Origin: Octopus bimaculoides
Lineage: Eukaryota
Length of the DNA stretch: 64,000 nucleotides
Reading direction: 5' to 3'
Assembly (NCBI RefSeq): GCF_001194135.2
Contig: NC_069001.1
Coordinates: 8,347,680 to 8,411,679 of the forward strand
Numbering within the stretch: the first letter of the stretch is position 1; every line of letters starts with the position of its first letter. Below are positions 53,676 through 63,472 of the stretch, piece by piece. Made by a program: the position numbers and the translations under genes. A model generated the notes under the pieces. It searched no databases. It was not told where the DNA came from and saw only the letters and a program-made list of their open reading frames with translations.

Positions 53676-56600
53676 ATACATATATATATATAATGTAATG
53701 TCCATGTGTATGTTTATGTCTATATACATGTATGTTGTTTGTGTATACATGTTTGTATGCATATGTATACATGTATATATATATCTGCACATGTGTGTAT
53801 TGTTGGTACTACACATTGCTATGGTTTCACTTGTACCAGATTCTTGGCAATATCATTTGTTAATTATTTTTGTTTTTGGCATCTTTAAATTTCATTTATA
53901 GCAGTGTGGGTTGAAAGCATGGTATTGATTATTTATTTGCTCTGTTAGAATGTCTAAGAGACTTTTGTAGACAAGTATCAGTTGTCTAAAAATGACCGAT
54001 TCTATTACTGTGTACTCAATTTGCTGAACTGTTTTGCCTTTTACAGGTCATGTTCGCTCATTAGAAGAATATTTAGGAATCCCTGCACCTCCAAATGAAC
54101 GGACCGCTTTAAAATTCCAAAGTGACACAGTTATTGAGCTTCTACAGAAATCAGATGAATGGTGTCGGGTAAGTATATTTGTTCATACCTGTGTCTGAGT
54201 GAGTAGAAATAACAGTGACAGTACCAATGTGTGAGTAGCTATAGCATTGCTGATGTTACTGTTACATTAGCTGGTGTGGTTGTATCATGGCAGATGTGAC
54301 TGAAAATGCACTCCTGGTGTGACTTCAACATTGCAGGTGGGAATGTAACATTGATAGGTCCATAATCACAGATGTATAGGGATTTATTCATTTTGACAGT
54401 TACGTTTTGAAGACAACCCACCTCTCTAGATGGTGTATACCTGCATCTGTGTGTTTGTGTATGTGTTTGAATATATGTATATGTGTGATTGTGTGTGTGT
54501 GTGTTGTCATTAATGAAATATTTATTCCATTCCAGGGTCGGTTACGTGGAGATGAAGGATGGTTTCCAGCTCGGTCAGTTTCAGATGTTTCAAGTCGGGT
54601 ACGTATGTCTGTCTGTCTGTCTATATGTCTCTACATAATACTGCAGGACGGTGGTTGTGATGGTGTAAATAGTTGCTGTTCTGTACTGGGTAAGAGTTGG
54701 ACAGTATAGTTCACATTACTATATTCCTATGACCACAAGCATGGCTGGATTGTTAAAAAGCTTGCCTTGCAATCGTGAAGAATGGGATTCAATTCCACTG
54801 TGTGGTGTCTTGAATAAATGTCTTCTACCATAACCTTGGATTGAGTCCAGTCTTGTGGGTAAAATTAAGTAGATAGAAACCTTGTGGATGAACTGTATCT
54901 GATATTAAAATAATCCATCCTTGTTATTCTTAGTGACATATTGGTTCTCTCTGAAAATTAAGTTAAAGGTGTGTATGTATGTGTGTGTGGATAACTTAAC
55001 TCCTTTCATTAAAATACAAAGTGGATTGTACTTGTCTTCAAGAGCCAGCCTTGTCACTTTCTCAGTTATGCCACCTCCCCCAAGGGCAGCTTGGGGGAGG
55101 TGGGAATGAGTCGATTACATCGATCCCAGTGTTCAACTGGTACTTATTTTATCGACCCCAAAAGGATGAAAGGCAGAATTTAAACTCAGAATGCAAAGAC
55201 AGACAAAATGCCGCTAAGCATTTTGCCTGGTGTTCTAACAATTCTGCCTGCTCGCCACCTTTAAATAATAATAATAATAGTTTCAAATGTGGGCACAAAT
55301 CCAGCCATTTTAAGGAAGGGAGACATTGACCCCAGTGCTTGCCTGGTACTTACTTTATTGGTTGTGGAAAAGTTGACCTCAGTAGAATAAGCTAGGAAAA
55401 AAATACCATTAAGCATTTTGTCTAATGCTCAAATGGTTCTGCCAGTTCACTACCTCTGTAGTAGTTGTAGTCATAGTAGTGGCAGTAGTAGTAGTGAGGA
55501 TGATAATAATGGTAATTTAAGATACATTTAATATCTTCAGACTAAATTTTTCGGTGGAATGTAAACATGTAACTTCATTCTTCTGCTCACAGGGACGTAT
55601 AGTAATCATTATATTTAAATGGAATAGCAATTGCTATTTAAGCCATGTAGCCTGACTACATTAAATTTATCTTACATTTTCTAATACATGTTGTTTGTAC
55701 ATGAATATTTGATAATAATGATAATGTGTTAATATTTATGATCAACTTCTGCAACTAAATGACTCAGTTTCTCTAAGTGCAACTACTGTCGTATGCTGAT
55801 GTTTTTCACAAGGGAAAGCTTTGGTAATGTTTCTGTTTCCAGTCTAGAACAGCATGTTATGAGAAAGCATTTCCACAGAAAGCAACAGAGAAAGCTCATC
55901 CTACAAAATTTCTCAATGGAATTAATCCCTCATCACAAGTGAAGAACTTAGCATCCTATCCTTGGTATGTATAACACACATGCATATGTGTGTGTGTGTG
56001 TTTGCCTCTAAACCTCTTGTATAAACCTTGTCTATCAATTCCTTTTTCAGGACCATCATCGAAAGACTTCATACACTGAACATAAGCTGAATGGCCACCA
56101 TCATGCTATTACTAATACTACAGAGCATGGCAACAATCTACCTAAGTTTGACACCTCTATGTTAACAAAATACCCTTGGTATGTACTCTCACTCCTCACA
56201 CAATCACTGCAGGCTCACTAGAATATTTCAGTATTCCCATGAGAACATTTCGAACATACAGGCTAAAACTAGAATATTCTAACATTCCCCACTAGAATAG
56301 TTAAATATTTCCCAGTGCAGTATTCCATAATTTGTTATTAGGATATTTCAGCATTTTCCATGAGAATTTCCAATATTGCCCACTGGAAGATTACATTTCA
56401 ACATTCTCCAATAAAATATTCCAACATAACATCTAGAATATCTCAGTATTACAACAGTCCTATATTCCCTATTAGAATATTCCAATATTCTCACAAGCAG
56501 TATTCAACACTGCCCTCATCTTTAGAAACTCTTTAGATTTTATTTTTAAAATGTTCAATTCAATTCAATTTGATCATAATTACAAAAATACAATTAATCA

Positions 56601-58804
56601 ACTGGTGAGACTGTAACATCTGACATCTTGACTGTCTTTCCAAGAATTTCCATAGATATCTAAGCTATTTCTATTAACTAATTCCTTTAATAATATTCAA
56701 AGTCTCATAAACTCACCCAGCACAGCACTTTGTCACAATTCTTCTCTTTCTTCTTTACTTAGTACTTATTTTCTTGATTTCATAGCGGGTGGAAGACAAA
56801 ATCAATGTGAACTCGAAAGGATGTGATGAAGATGGAATAAAATAACACAGGTTATTTTTGTTTGGCAGATCTGTTCTTCTACATCTCACACCCCTGCACA
56901 CACACTCGTATAGTGGACTTATGGTAGAAGACACTGACCCAGTGCCGTAGTTTTATATTTAGAGCAAAAGTTTGCTTTTGACTCAACTCATTTACAAAAT
57001 ATCTGTGTGGTGGTTCATATTCATCCATCTATATTTCACAAATGACATCATGTTTTCTGTTATCTAACTGCAACAAAATGGCTTGTAATTTTAAAATAAA
57101 TTTCTCCAGTGACATATTCACACTTCCATCAATCACTGTAGAGTTATTTTGGGGAATTGTAAATGTCTGTACACTGTTATCATATTTACATTTTGTAAGT
57201 ATATTTTTCTCAATAAAATGAGATATATTGAACACTTTCACTATACATCTCTGTAGGACTAGATTTTTTTATACAGTAAGATAGAAAAGCGGAGGTTTTG
57301 ATTTACTACATTGGACAAATCCAGTGCTATGTTGAGGCCCTCATTCCTCTTTTGATAAAGCTGATACCTCAGAATTACTCTTTTCAAAAGCGGAATATAT
57401 TGGTTTGCTGAAAGGAAGACAAAAAACTTCATTAGAGATGTTTAGTAATGACACCTGATAAATCGGTAGGGAGAGAGAGAAGGGAAAATGGGTGGTGGGT
57501 GGGCAGAATAGTGAAGAACAAAGGTACAAAGGTGGGGCATATTGTAGTACATTAATCTTATTCATGACCATGATTGTTGTTGCAATAAATTGTTTTGTAA
57601 CTGGGATTATCACTACACAAATATTTTCTATAAACATGGCTCTCATCACAGTAATTGCTTCCATAACCTCTTCTATTACTATAACTATCACAAGTGTATC
57701 CTCTTCTATAACCATTGCTATCACTACATTAATCACTAAAATAACTTATAACAGTTACTATCACTGCAACAACCTCTTCTGTAGCCCTGGTCTATCTTTA
57801 CAATATCTTCTTTAACCATAACTATCCACTTCATTAACCTCTTTGGTAATGATGGTTTTCACTTCAGTAACATGTTCTGTAACCTGGGCTATTAACTATA
57901 TTAACTTCTTTAACCATGATTATCACTAAATTAACATCTATAATCATGGCTATTGCTATTTTAAATTCTTCTATAACAAAGCTATCACTACATCAGCCTT
58001 GTCTATAACTGTGCTTATCATTTTCTAACTTCTTCAGTAACCATGACTATCATTGCAGTTAAATCTTCTATAACCATCACTATCGCTAAAGTAACCTTTT
58101 CAACATCAATTGCTATTAATATATTAACACTTCTCTGATAGTGACTATCCATATATCCATCCGTAACTGTGCGTATCAGTTCAACTTCCCTCACCTTCAG
58201 AAACCATAGCTACCAGTTCCTCAAACTTCACTTCAATCAACTTTATTCAGACGTATAACCTTCCTACTAGTTGTTACCTTCCAGTGACCCTGCAACCCTT
58301 GTGTTCCTTTCTATTTCACTTCTGATTCTCACTTAACCTCCAACTTCATCTTCTTTTTCCTGTTACACCGTACTATTGTTGTTTTTGATGTTGTTGTTGT
58401 TGTTGTTATTAAGTACCATCAATTAGCAGAATCAGTGGAGCGATAGACAAAATGCTTTTGTGTTAGATCTCTTTACATTTATTTTGAGTTTAAATCCCAT
58501 TGAGATCAGCTTGCCCATGATTGGAAATTTATCTACTGATTGGAAATGTATCATTCCAGTGATAATATAATTTCTAACATGGACACAGAGTTAGAAATTT
58601 GGAGGTGAGGTGGTCTTGTCAATTTTATCAACTATGCTACTTTTGTTTTAGCTACCCTAGAGGAATGAGATGCGAAGTTGACTCTGGTTGGATTTGAACC
58701 AAGAATCTAAAGAGCCATAACCAATATATCACAAGACATTTTGTCAATGATCTAACAATACTACCAATCCACTACTATAGTAATGGTGATAATAATAATT
58801 GCTG

Positions 58805-58841
<37 letters not shown>

Positions 58842-58851
58842 NNNNNNNNNN

Positions 58852-58888
<37 letters not shown>

Positions 58889-61191
58889 GTGTGTGTGTAT
58901 CATTATTATTATTATTATTATTATTAAGGCAGTTAACTGGCAGAATCGTTAGCATGCTGGCCGAAATACTTAGCGGCATTTTGTCTGTTGCTATGTTCTG
59001 GGTTTAAATTCCACTGAGGTCGACTTTGCCTTTCATCTTTTCAGGGTCGATAAAGTAAGTACCAGTTGAACACTGGGGTTGATGAAACTGACTCATCCTC
59101 TCCTCCGAAATTGCTGCCCTTGTGGCAAAATTTGGAACCATTATTATTATTGTTATTATTGAGTTGTAGTAGTAGTATGTGAATGGCATGGCAGAAACTG
59201 TAACGAAGTTTGTACTAATGGCTCATTTTACAGAATTTAGTGATGTTCCTTTTTCATTTGGAGATCCAAGCCACCAAAATCACCTTTTTATTCTTCTGGG
59301 TTCGATAAAAATACCAATCAAGTGTTAGTGTTTGGTGCTAATTTAATTGACTAATCCAGCTGTAAATTTGTTAACTTGTGCCTATGTTATGAATTTATTA
59401 TTATATGTAGTATAGTAGTAGTAGTATTTGTATAAGTAGTAAAATGGCATGGCAGATGTTTAGTACTAATGCATATTTGCAAATGATTCTGTTCAAATGA
59501 AGCTAAACTCCATGCTGCTGCTCCTGCTACTGTAGAACTGAACTAATAATACTAGCAAAGGACTTCTCTTCAGTCCGTGCTAGTGTCTTCCCATCTTTGA
59601 TGATCATTACCATCACCCTTGTTGACATAGCCATCATCATCATTGTCATCGCCATCATTTGTCATCATCAAGTTTATTGTTTGTTGCTTACTATAAACAG
59701 CTGCTGGAAATCACAGTTGTGCGCAGCTGGTAGACTTTGTCTAGCATCCAAAATGGCTGATGTTCCGAGGAAGAAGATTTGGGGCAAAGTGGGTAATTTC
59801 AAGTAAAAGAGGTTGGATACAACGAGGTGGTAAAAGGTAGAGGTGAGTGAGTTGGGAGGATGTGCCAGTGTGGAAGAGGTATGAGATCAGCCAGTTTTGT
59901 GAAGTAGAAGCCACTATAGCAGTGATAGAAAAGATGGAGAAGAGACAGTCTGCCCGTAGATCAGAGGTTAGAGTGTGTCCATTGCTGATGGAATGCCAAA
60001 CAGCTGCATAGCCCTTCTCTCGATGTAGTCTGGGATGTGTGTAGCAGCTGCACTATCCCACATTTGTAGCAGCTGCTCTATTCCATTATAGGCCTCACTT
60101 GAGCCCCGTAGAAGTTCAGCTGTTGTTTGGGGCTGAAATACCTTCTGATCCTGAAGAGAAGTGCTAGTCTTTGAGATGTGATCTTGGCTATGTTAGGGAT
60201 GTGTTTTTGCCAGGAGAGATCCTTGGTGATAGTGGGGACCATCATCTGGAGTAACTGTCAGGGTTCCAACCGAGAGCCACTCTTATTTAGTGGGATAGGG
60301 GTGCAGTGGTGTTTGAGATGAGGTTGGCATAGCCTCACTGGAGGATGCTCTCATGGTCTCTGCTTATGGAATCAGTGCAGTCTGGCAATTGAAGTCTAGG
60401 CTGTGTATAGATGATACTTGGTTAGGGAAAGATAAGGAGGAATGAAGGGTGATGTATTTTGTACATATATACTTACATACATGAATGTGCTTTTTGTATA
60501 TATATGTATGTGTATACATATGTGTGTATATGTGTGTTATATAGACACACACACACATCAGAAAAAGGGATGATAAAGGAATAAATGATTATCTTAATGA
60601 ACTTCATTAGCTTACAGCCGTTTCTGTTATGAGATGTAGGGGACTCATAGCTGAGTACTTGAATAACATCCTATAGCTTCATCAGAGCCTCAAATATGAA
60701 GTGCAATCTATATTGGAAAAACGAATTACATTTATCCTCAAATAAACTGCCTTTCATATATGAGGCTCTGATGAAACTATAAGATGTTATTCAGGAAGGG
60801 TTGTGGGGGTAGAGTCCTCAGGTACCTCTTTCCAGAAGCAACTGTCATTAGACTTTCCAGTTGGATTCCCAAGTGTGACTGACTGAGACTATGGCTATTA
60901 TCGAACCACCTCATTCTCGGGCTACCCCTTACGTCTCCCGCTGGTTTGGCTTGGCTTGAAGAATCCATTTTGCAATTCTTTCCTGCTACAGCTGCAGGCC
61001 GACCTATTCTTTATGTGTGAATTTGATGGATGGAAACTGCAAGAAGCCTGTTGAGTGTGTGCATGCATGAATATTGATATTCCATGCTTGTTGCCATGTG
61101 AGTGAAACGACAAAGATTTTGACAGTTTTTGTTGATATTATGACTGGTTGTTTTGTGTTTCCAAAGACCTGAAATAGAAAATCATATACTC

Positions 61192-61229
<38 letters not shown>

Positions 61230-61652
61230 GACAGGTAAATGTTGGTAACAGGAAGAATGACTTGCTGTAAAAATTCTGCTTCAAATAAGTACCCCTCTAA
61301 CCCATGCTGGCATGAAAAATATAGACTTTAAGCAAATGAATGATTAGAGTCATGTTTTTCTAGCAGGTGACTACCTCTGAGACCATGCTTTGAAACTGAA
61401 GTAATTACATTATGAAAAACTAGTCTAGTCATAGAATCTTAATTCATTTCATGGGGTGCAGGAATTTTCTTCATACAGCTGCAACCTGGTTCTTGAGTTG
61501 CCATGGAAGTCTGTCAGTGGCTATGTCTTTTACATGTGTGTGTATGCATTTATATATACACACACAGAGATTGCACATACTTACATACATACATAAATAT
61601 ATATATATATCTATATATGTGTGAGTGTATGTTTAAGTACATATAAATACGA

Positions 61653-61693
<41 letters not shown>

Positions 61694-63419
61694 TTGTTTA
61701 ATCCCTTGCCACTCTGATACCACAGACTTGTGAATAAAGGTGATTGGTTTGTGACCATGTTGTCTCTTATTGGAAGGGAATTTGGCTGCTATTTCTGTTT
61801 GTTCAAGCACCACATTGAGGCTTTCTAGTTGTCTCAGGGTCAATGTTTATGTTACTATGTTAACTGAAATTGTAACTGTTTACTCACTTTAGTCTCCCCT
61901 AACTCCTCCTTCATCCAGGTATGTAGGACCAATGGAACGTGACTGTGCCACCAAGAAGCTAGAAGGTCATGCCAGTGGCACATACATGATTAGAGAGAGT
62001 CAGAACCCAACACGAGCAGGAGAGTTATCTCTTAGTATATGGTAAGTACTGAAGTTGTTGTTAAGCTGTGGTTTAGTCATATGTGTGTGTGTGTACGTGT
62101 GTGTATTTTGTGACTCTCACTTTATAAGTAAATACTGTCCCGAGTCCTAGGACTCGTAGGGATGGTTACTGAGTTTCCTTGATGTATAAGTGATCGAGAG
62201 CCCTGCATTACTCCTGAACAGGAAGGATGGTAGGCAGTTTCAGAATTACCAATTTACAGTGTGTGAACTGGAGCAACATGAAATGAAGTGTTTTGCTCAA
62301 GAATACAATGTATTACTCAGTTTGGGAACCAAAACTGTGAGCTTGCTATCATGCATGCAACGTCCTAATGTGTAGGCCGTGTTCTTTCACATCCTCACTA
62401 TATGGTGTATGTGTCATTCTTGTTAGGCTATGGGCTGATGTTATGTATCATCATGTTACTCAGAACAGCGTGCATTGTTGTTGACTAATGGGGGATGTTT
62501 ATGTAGTAACCTCCCTCAGAATGCTGTTTTGTTGTTGTTGGCTATCAATTGATGATGTGCTTATGTGATGGTGTCACTCTGTATACACAGTTTATTGTTG
62601 TTTTTTTGTTAGGCTATAGGTTGGTGATGGGTATGTGTGATGTTGTCACTTACTGTATATTTCGATAGTATGTATTATTGCTGTTGTTGTTGCTGCACCA
62701 TGACCTGATCATGTGTATAAGGCTATCATTCAATGCATAGTATTGTATTGTCATTGCTGTTAAATTATAGGGGTTGTATCTGTATATTTGTGTATGTTTT
62801 ACTTATGAAGCTATAAGTTGGAGGAAATGTTTGTGTGTGTGCGCGAGAAAGGAAGTGTGTGTGGATGTGTGTTACATATCTGTTACATGTTAATGTGTGT
62901 AAAAAAATGCATGAGTTAATTTGTAATTGGAGATTGAGCTTGTGCCTATGTGAGTGTATTGCCATGGCAATACACATCCATTTGGTGTGTTGACAAGAAC
63001 AGCATGCCATGTGATAATGATGTCACAGTTACACAGCACTCGTGTATATTTTGTTCTGACAACATCATACACATGTTGTGTGTTAGGGCAACACAGCTAT
63101 GCAATGTGCTGTTCTAACAACACCTAGTCATTTGATGTGCTGTCATCACTACAGCCACAACTGCTATGTCCTGGCAATACAGTCATGTATGTTATCAGGA
63201 GAACACAGATGTGTGGTCACTTCCTTTTAACAACAGTGCATGCCTGTTCTGATGACAATACAATGTGTGTTTGTACGTGAGTGTTATCATGCTAACACTT
63301 TAATATTCATCTTTTTTTGTCCTTATAGTTTTGACAGTACAGTTCGTCATATAAAAGTGAATAAAACGTCAGATGGAGATTTTTTCTTGGCCGACATCAA
63401 ATTTTTCCACTCACTCCCA
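7900..63419 (+). CDS. vav: Vav-family guanine nucleotide exchange factor, partial multi-exon gene (acidic-DH-PH-C1-SH3-SH2); 5' and 3' ends outside window
   Basis: 22 GT-AG exons with consistent phases. They translate to Vav hallmarks: IYEDL acidic motif, DH ([12 protein letters not shown]; [18 protein letters not shown]; YVNEVKRD), PH ([13 protein letters not shown]; [10 protein letters not shown]), C1 ([18 protein letters not shown]; HKEC), SH3 with PAPP insert, SH2 (WYVGPMER; YMIRES; VRHIKV). Confidence 0.96.
10960..11190 (-). mobile_element. Decayed CR1/L2-type LINE 3' fragment
   Basis: Minus strand [24 protein letters not shown] resembles the LAHRR..SL.LFY.YY motif. Confidence 0.6.
11460..11578. 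repeat. Compound (CA)n-(CACT)n-(CT)n microsatellite
   Basis: Seen directly. Confidence 0.9.
11913..12174. mobile_element. hAT/Charlie-like non-autonomous element
   Basis: Starts cagtgcttttcaaact, has internal repeated cataccggcag, degenerate ...agcact end. Confidence 0.4.
14080..14188 (+). CDS. vav: Vav acidic-region exon, copy B: (S)[36 protein letters not shown]
   Basis: tatatag acceptor, gtaagt donor, 109 nt, phase 2 in and 0 out; DLYD...IYEHL parallels Vav1 DLYD...IYEDL. Confidence 0.88.
14452..14636 (+). mobile_element. Retroposon 3' end with (GAT)n tail; other copies 24411-24604 (-), 41819-42000 (-), 47632-47790 (-), 50690-50898 (+)
   Basis: Shared ggttggcgttaggaagggcatccagctgtagaaact...aacccatgctagcatggaaa...gatgatgat. 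Confidence 0.75.
15742..17008 (+). mobile_element. Cluster of four same-orientation SINE copies (ggcagaatcgttag... ctttcatcctttcggggtcgataaaataagtacc family)
   Basis: Copies at about 15742-15965, 16352-16570, 16590-16782 and 16790-17008 share the head, central ctttca..ggggttgataa block and ATT-rich tails. Confidence 0.75.
19215..19346. repeat. (CT)n microsatellite; many further (CA)n, (TA)n, (GA)n, (ATT)n tracts occur throughout
   Basis: Seen directly. Confidence 0.9.
19608..19768. mobile_element. Same piggyBac-like MITE family, internally deleted copy
   Basis: ttaacccttcaacatttaaactggccatatc ... aatgccaaagggttaa. Confidence 0.7.
20718..20816 (+). CDS. vav: Vav exon, DH start: [33 protein letters not shown]
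   Basis: cttacag / gtaagt, 99 nt, phase 0-0, DH CR1 motif. Confidence 0.95.
21664..21732 (+). CDS. vav: Vav DH exon: [23 protein letters not shown]
   Basis: cttttcag / gtaaga, 69 nt, phase 0-0. Confidence 0.92.
21837..22037 (+). CDS. vav: Vav DH exon: [10 protein letters not shown]...[14 protein letters not shown]...VRNSIE
   Basis: attcag / gtaagt, 201 nt; overlaps ORF 21843..22160. Confidence 0.95.
22824..22919 (+). CDS. vav: Vav DH exon: [32 protein letters not shown]
   Basis: cttcaag (AAG-type acceptor) / gtatga, 96 nt, DH CR3 motif. Confidence 0.95.
23288..23359 (+). CDS. vav: Vav DH exon: [24 protein letters not shown]
   Basis: tctgcag / gtcagt, 72 nt, phase 0-0. Confidence 0.93.
24172..24245 (+). 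CDS. vav: Vav DH end exon: [24 protein letters not shown](S)
   Basis: gtttcag / gtagga, 74 nt, phase 0-2; YVNEVKRD motif. Confidence 0.94.
26016..26034 (+). CDS. vav: Vav 19-nt microexon in DH-PH linker: (S)IVDLQM
   Basis: Long pyrimidine tract with ttgcag acceptor, gtgagt donor; phase 2-0 is what is needed to join exons 24172-24245 and 27571-27662. Confidence 0.85.
26685..26865. repeat. Degenerate (GAT/GGT)n trinucleotide tract
   Basis: Seen directly; source of ORF 26485..26862. Confidence 0.8.
27571..27662 (+). CDS. vav: Vav PH exon: [30 protein letters not shown](R)
   Basis: cttgcag / gtaagt, 92 nt, phase 0-2; YGR..DG.LK motif. Confidence 0.94.
27903..28009 (+). mobile_element. tRNA-derived SINE 5' portion (truncated)
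   Basis: Box A tggcccagtgg, box B-like gtttcgattcc; continues as the same body as 44150-44534. Confidence 0.75.
28207..28252 (+). CDS. vav: Vav PH exon: (R)[15 protein letters not shown]
   Basis: tttctag / gtaagt, 46 nt, phase 2-0. Confidence 0.94.
31945..32350. repeat. Degenerate minisatellite, about 40-bp unit (acactgtaaagatgaggtgtagatataaatattgtaaat), roughly 10 units
   Basis: Recurrent tgt(a/g)gatataa.tattgtaaatat blocks. Confidence 0.7.
36240..36260 (+). CDS. vav: Candidate alternative 21-nt microexon in PH domain: IVDKLFW
   Basis: About 60-nt pyrimidine tract ending caccag, gtaagg donor, frame-preserving in a phase-0 intron, no stop. Prediction only. Confidence 0.5.
36480..36675. repeat. 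Compound (ACT)n/(GCT)n/(ATT)n microsatellite
   Basis: Seen directly. Confidence 0.9.
37576..37755 (+). mobile_element. SINE-like repeat body and tail; second partial copy at 63846-63944
   Basis: ttgacaac(t/c)gatgctggtgtg...cttagcgg..ggcaaaaga...agaataagtactaggcttacaaagaataagtcctgg at both sites; taaaagag tail. Confidence 0.7.
41120..41200 (+). mobile_element. Possible decayed LINE RT fragment; similar fragment on the minus strand near 49200-49310
   Basis: Reads [21 protein letters not shown], like LF..YINDL...YADD. Confidence 0.4.
44150..44534 (-). mobile_element. tRNA-derived SINE, apparently full length, inserted in another SINE
   Basis: Reverse-complement head with Pol III box A (tggcccagtgg) and box B-like sequence, matching 27903-28009; 11-bp flanking repeat cacccctctgt / catccctctgt. 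Confidence 0.8.
45065..45291. mobile_element. piggyBac-like MITE, complete, flanked by TTAA
   Basis: ttaa|CCCTTTAGCATT ... AATGCTAAAGGG|ttaa: perfect terminal inverted repeat with TTAA on both sides; related copies elsewhere in the window. Confidence 0.8.
45938..46175 (+). mobile_element. Dispersed repeat family (ctgctagaaatagcagccaaatctccctcaaa...); copies near 27040, 32935, 44780 (+) and 15110-15290, 27735-27900, 35500-35720, 61700-61830 (-)
   Basis: Same blocks recur by eye in both orientations; class not determined. Confidence 0.6.
46592..46687 (+). CDS. vav: Vav PH exon: [32 protein letters not shown]
   Basis: gttttcag / gtatgt, 96 nt, phase 0-0; overlaps ORF 46535..46732. Confidence 0.92.
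46841..46852 (+). CDS. vav: Candidate alternative 12-nt microexon in PH domain: SIYK
   Basis: atttctttctaaacag acceptor, AAG|gtacgt donor (same hexamer as the donor at 54599), frame-preserving in a phase-0 intron. Confidence 0.55.
50186..50295 (+). CDS. vav: Vav PH end exon: [36 protein letters not shown](L)
   Basis: ctttacag / gtgagt, 110 nt, phase 0-2. Confidence 0.94.
51838..51927 (+). CDS. vav: Vav C1 exon: [29 protein letters not shown](R)
   Basis: attgcag / gtaagt, 90 nt, phase 2-2. Confidence 0.93.
52135..52166 (+). CDS. vav: Vav C1 exon: (R)[10 protein letters not shown](E)
   Basis: attacag / gtaagt, 32 nt, phase 2-1; G.F.QGY.C motif. Confidence 0.92.
52643..52690 (+). CDS. vav: Vav C1 exon: (E)[15 protein letters not shown]
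   Basis: ctgtttag / gtaagt, 48 nt, phase 1-1; HKEC motif. Confidence 0.9.
53596..53619 (+). CDS. vav: Vav 24-nt symmetric microexon: (V)PPIPPRT
   Basis: cctttcag / gtaagt, phase 1-1, proline-rich. Confidence 0.75.
54047..54168 (+). CDS. vav: Vav N-SH3 exon: [40 protein letters not shown]
   Basis: ttttacag / gtaagt, 122 nt, phase 1-0; G.PAPP insert typical of the Vav nSH3. Confidence 0.92.
54536..54598 (+). CDS. vav: Vav N-SH3 exon: [21 protein letters not shown]
   Basis: attccag / gtacgt, 63 nt; SH3 GWFP motif. Confidence 0.92.
56051..56178 (+). CDS. vav: Vav SH3-SH2 linker exon: [42 protein letters not shown](W)
   Basis: ctttttcag / gtatgt, 128 nt, phase 0-2; the final TG plus the G of the next exon gives the SH2-opening Trp. 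Confidence 0.88.
56217..56512. repeat. Degenerate tandem repeat (ctagaatattccaacattccc-like, about 20 bp) just after exon 56051-56178
   Basis: Repeated gaatatt / cattcc blocks. Confidence 0.55.
57600..58200. repeat. Degenerate tandem repeat (ctataaccatgactatcactacattaacttctt-like, about 33 bp)
   Basis: Repeated ctataacc / ctatcact; explains low-complexity ORFs 57341..57736 and 57492..57815. Confidence 0.6.
58925..59160 (+). mobile_element. Well-preserved SINE of the same family; weaker copies at about 58410-58720 and 59170-59400 (+), 55095-55262 and 55320-55460 (-), 43290-43480 (+), 44040-44610 (+, split)
   Basis: aggcagttaactggcagaatcgttagc...ctttgcctttcatcttttcagggtcgataaagtaagtaccagttgaacactgggg...aaaatttggaaccattattatt. 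Confidence 0.75.
59790..60360 (-). mobile_element. Decayed CR1/L2-type LINE, reverse transcriptase C-terminal region
   Basis: Minus strand reads [51 protein letters not shown], matching the CR1/L2 DLSW..HI...LY...VRP.LEY pattern, with stops and frameshifts. Confidence 0.75.
60661..60792. mobile_element. Foldback/MITE-like element with 45-bp inverted arms; partial second copy at 26327-26397
   Basis: Arms 60661-60705 and 60748-60792 match at 40 of 45 positions by hand; one arm plus spacer recurs at 26327. Confidence 0.65.
61919..62041 (+). CDS. vav: Vav SH2 exon: (W)[40 protein letters not shown]
   Basis: catccag / gtaagt, 123 nt, phase 2-2; FLVRES-like YMIRES. Confidence 0.94.
63329..63419 (+). 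CDS. vav: Vav SH2 exon: (C)[30 protein letters not shown]
   Basis: ccttatag / gtaagt, 91 nt, phase 2-0; overlaps ORF 63240..63839. Confidence 0.93.
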
Positions 63420-63472
63420 GTAAGTATGGCCATTTGCTCCTCTCTTTATTTTTCTCAATTTTTTTCTTTTCA

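Noticed and set aside
60760-60792. ctgatgaaac as a hammerhead core
   Set aside because: No stem II between CUGAUGA and GAAA; it is simply an arm of the foldback element.
62141-62156. Perfect 16-bp palindrome cgagtcctaggactcg
   Set aside because: Single short occurrence with no second copy or functional context.
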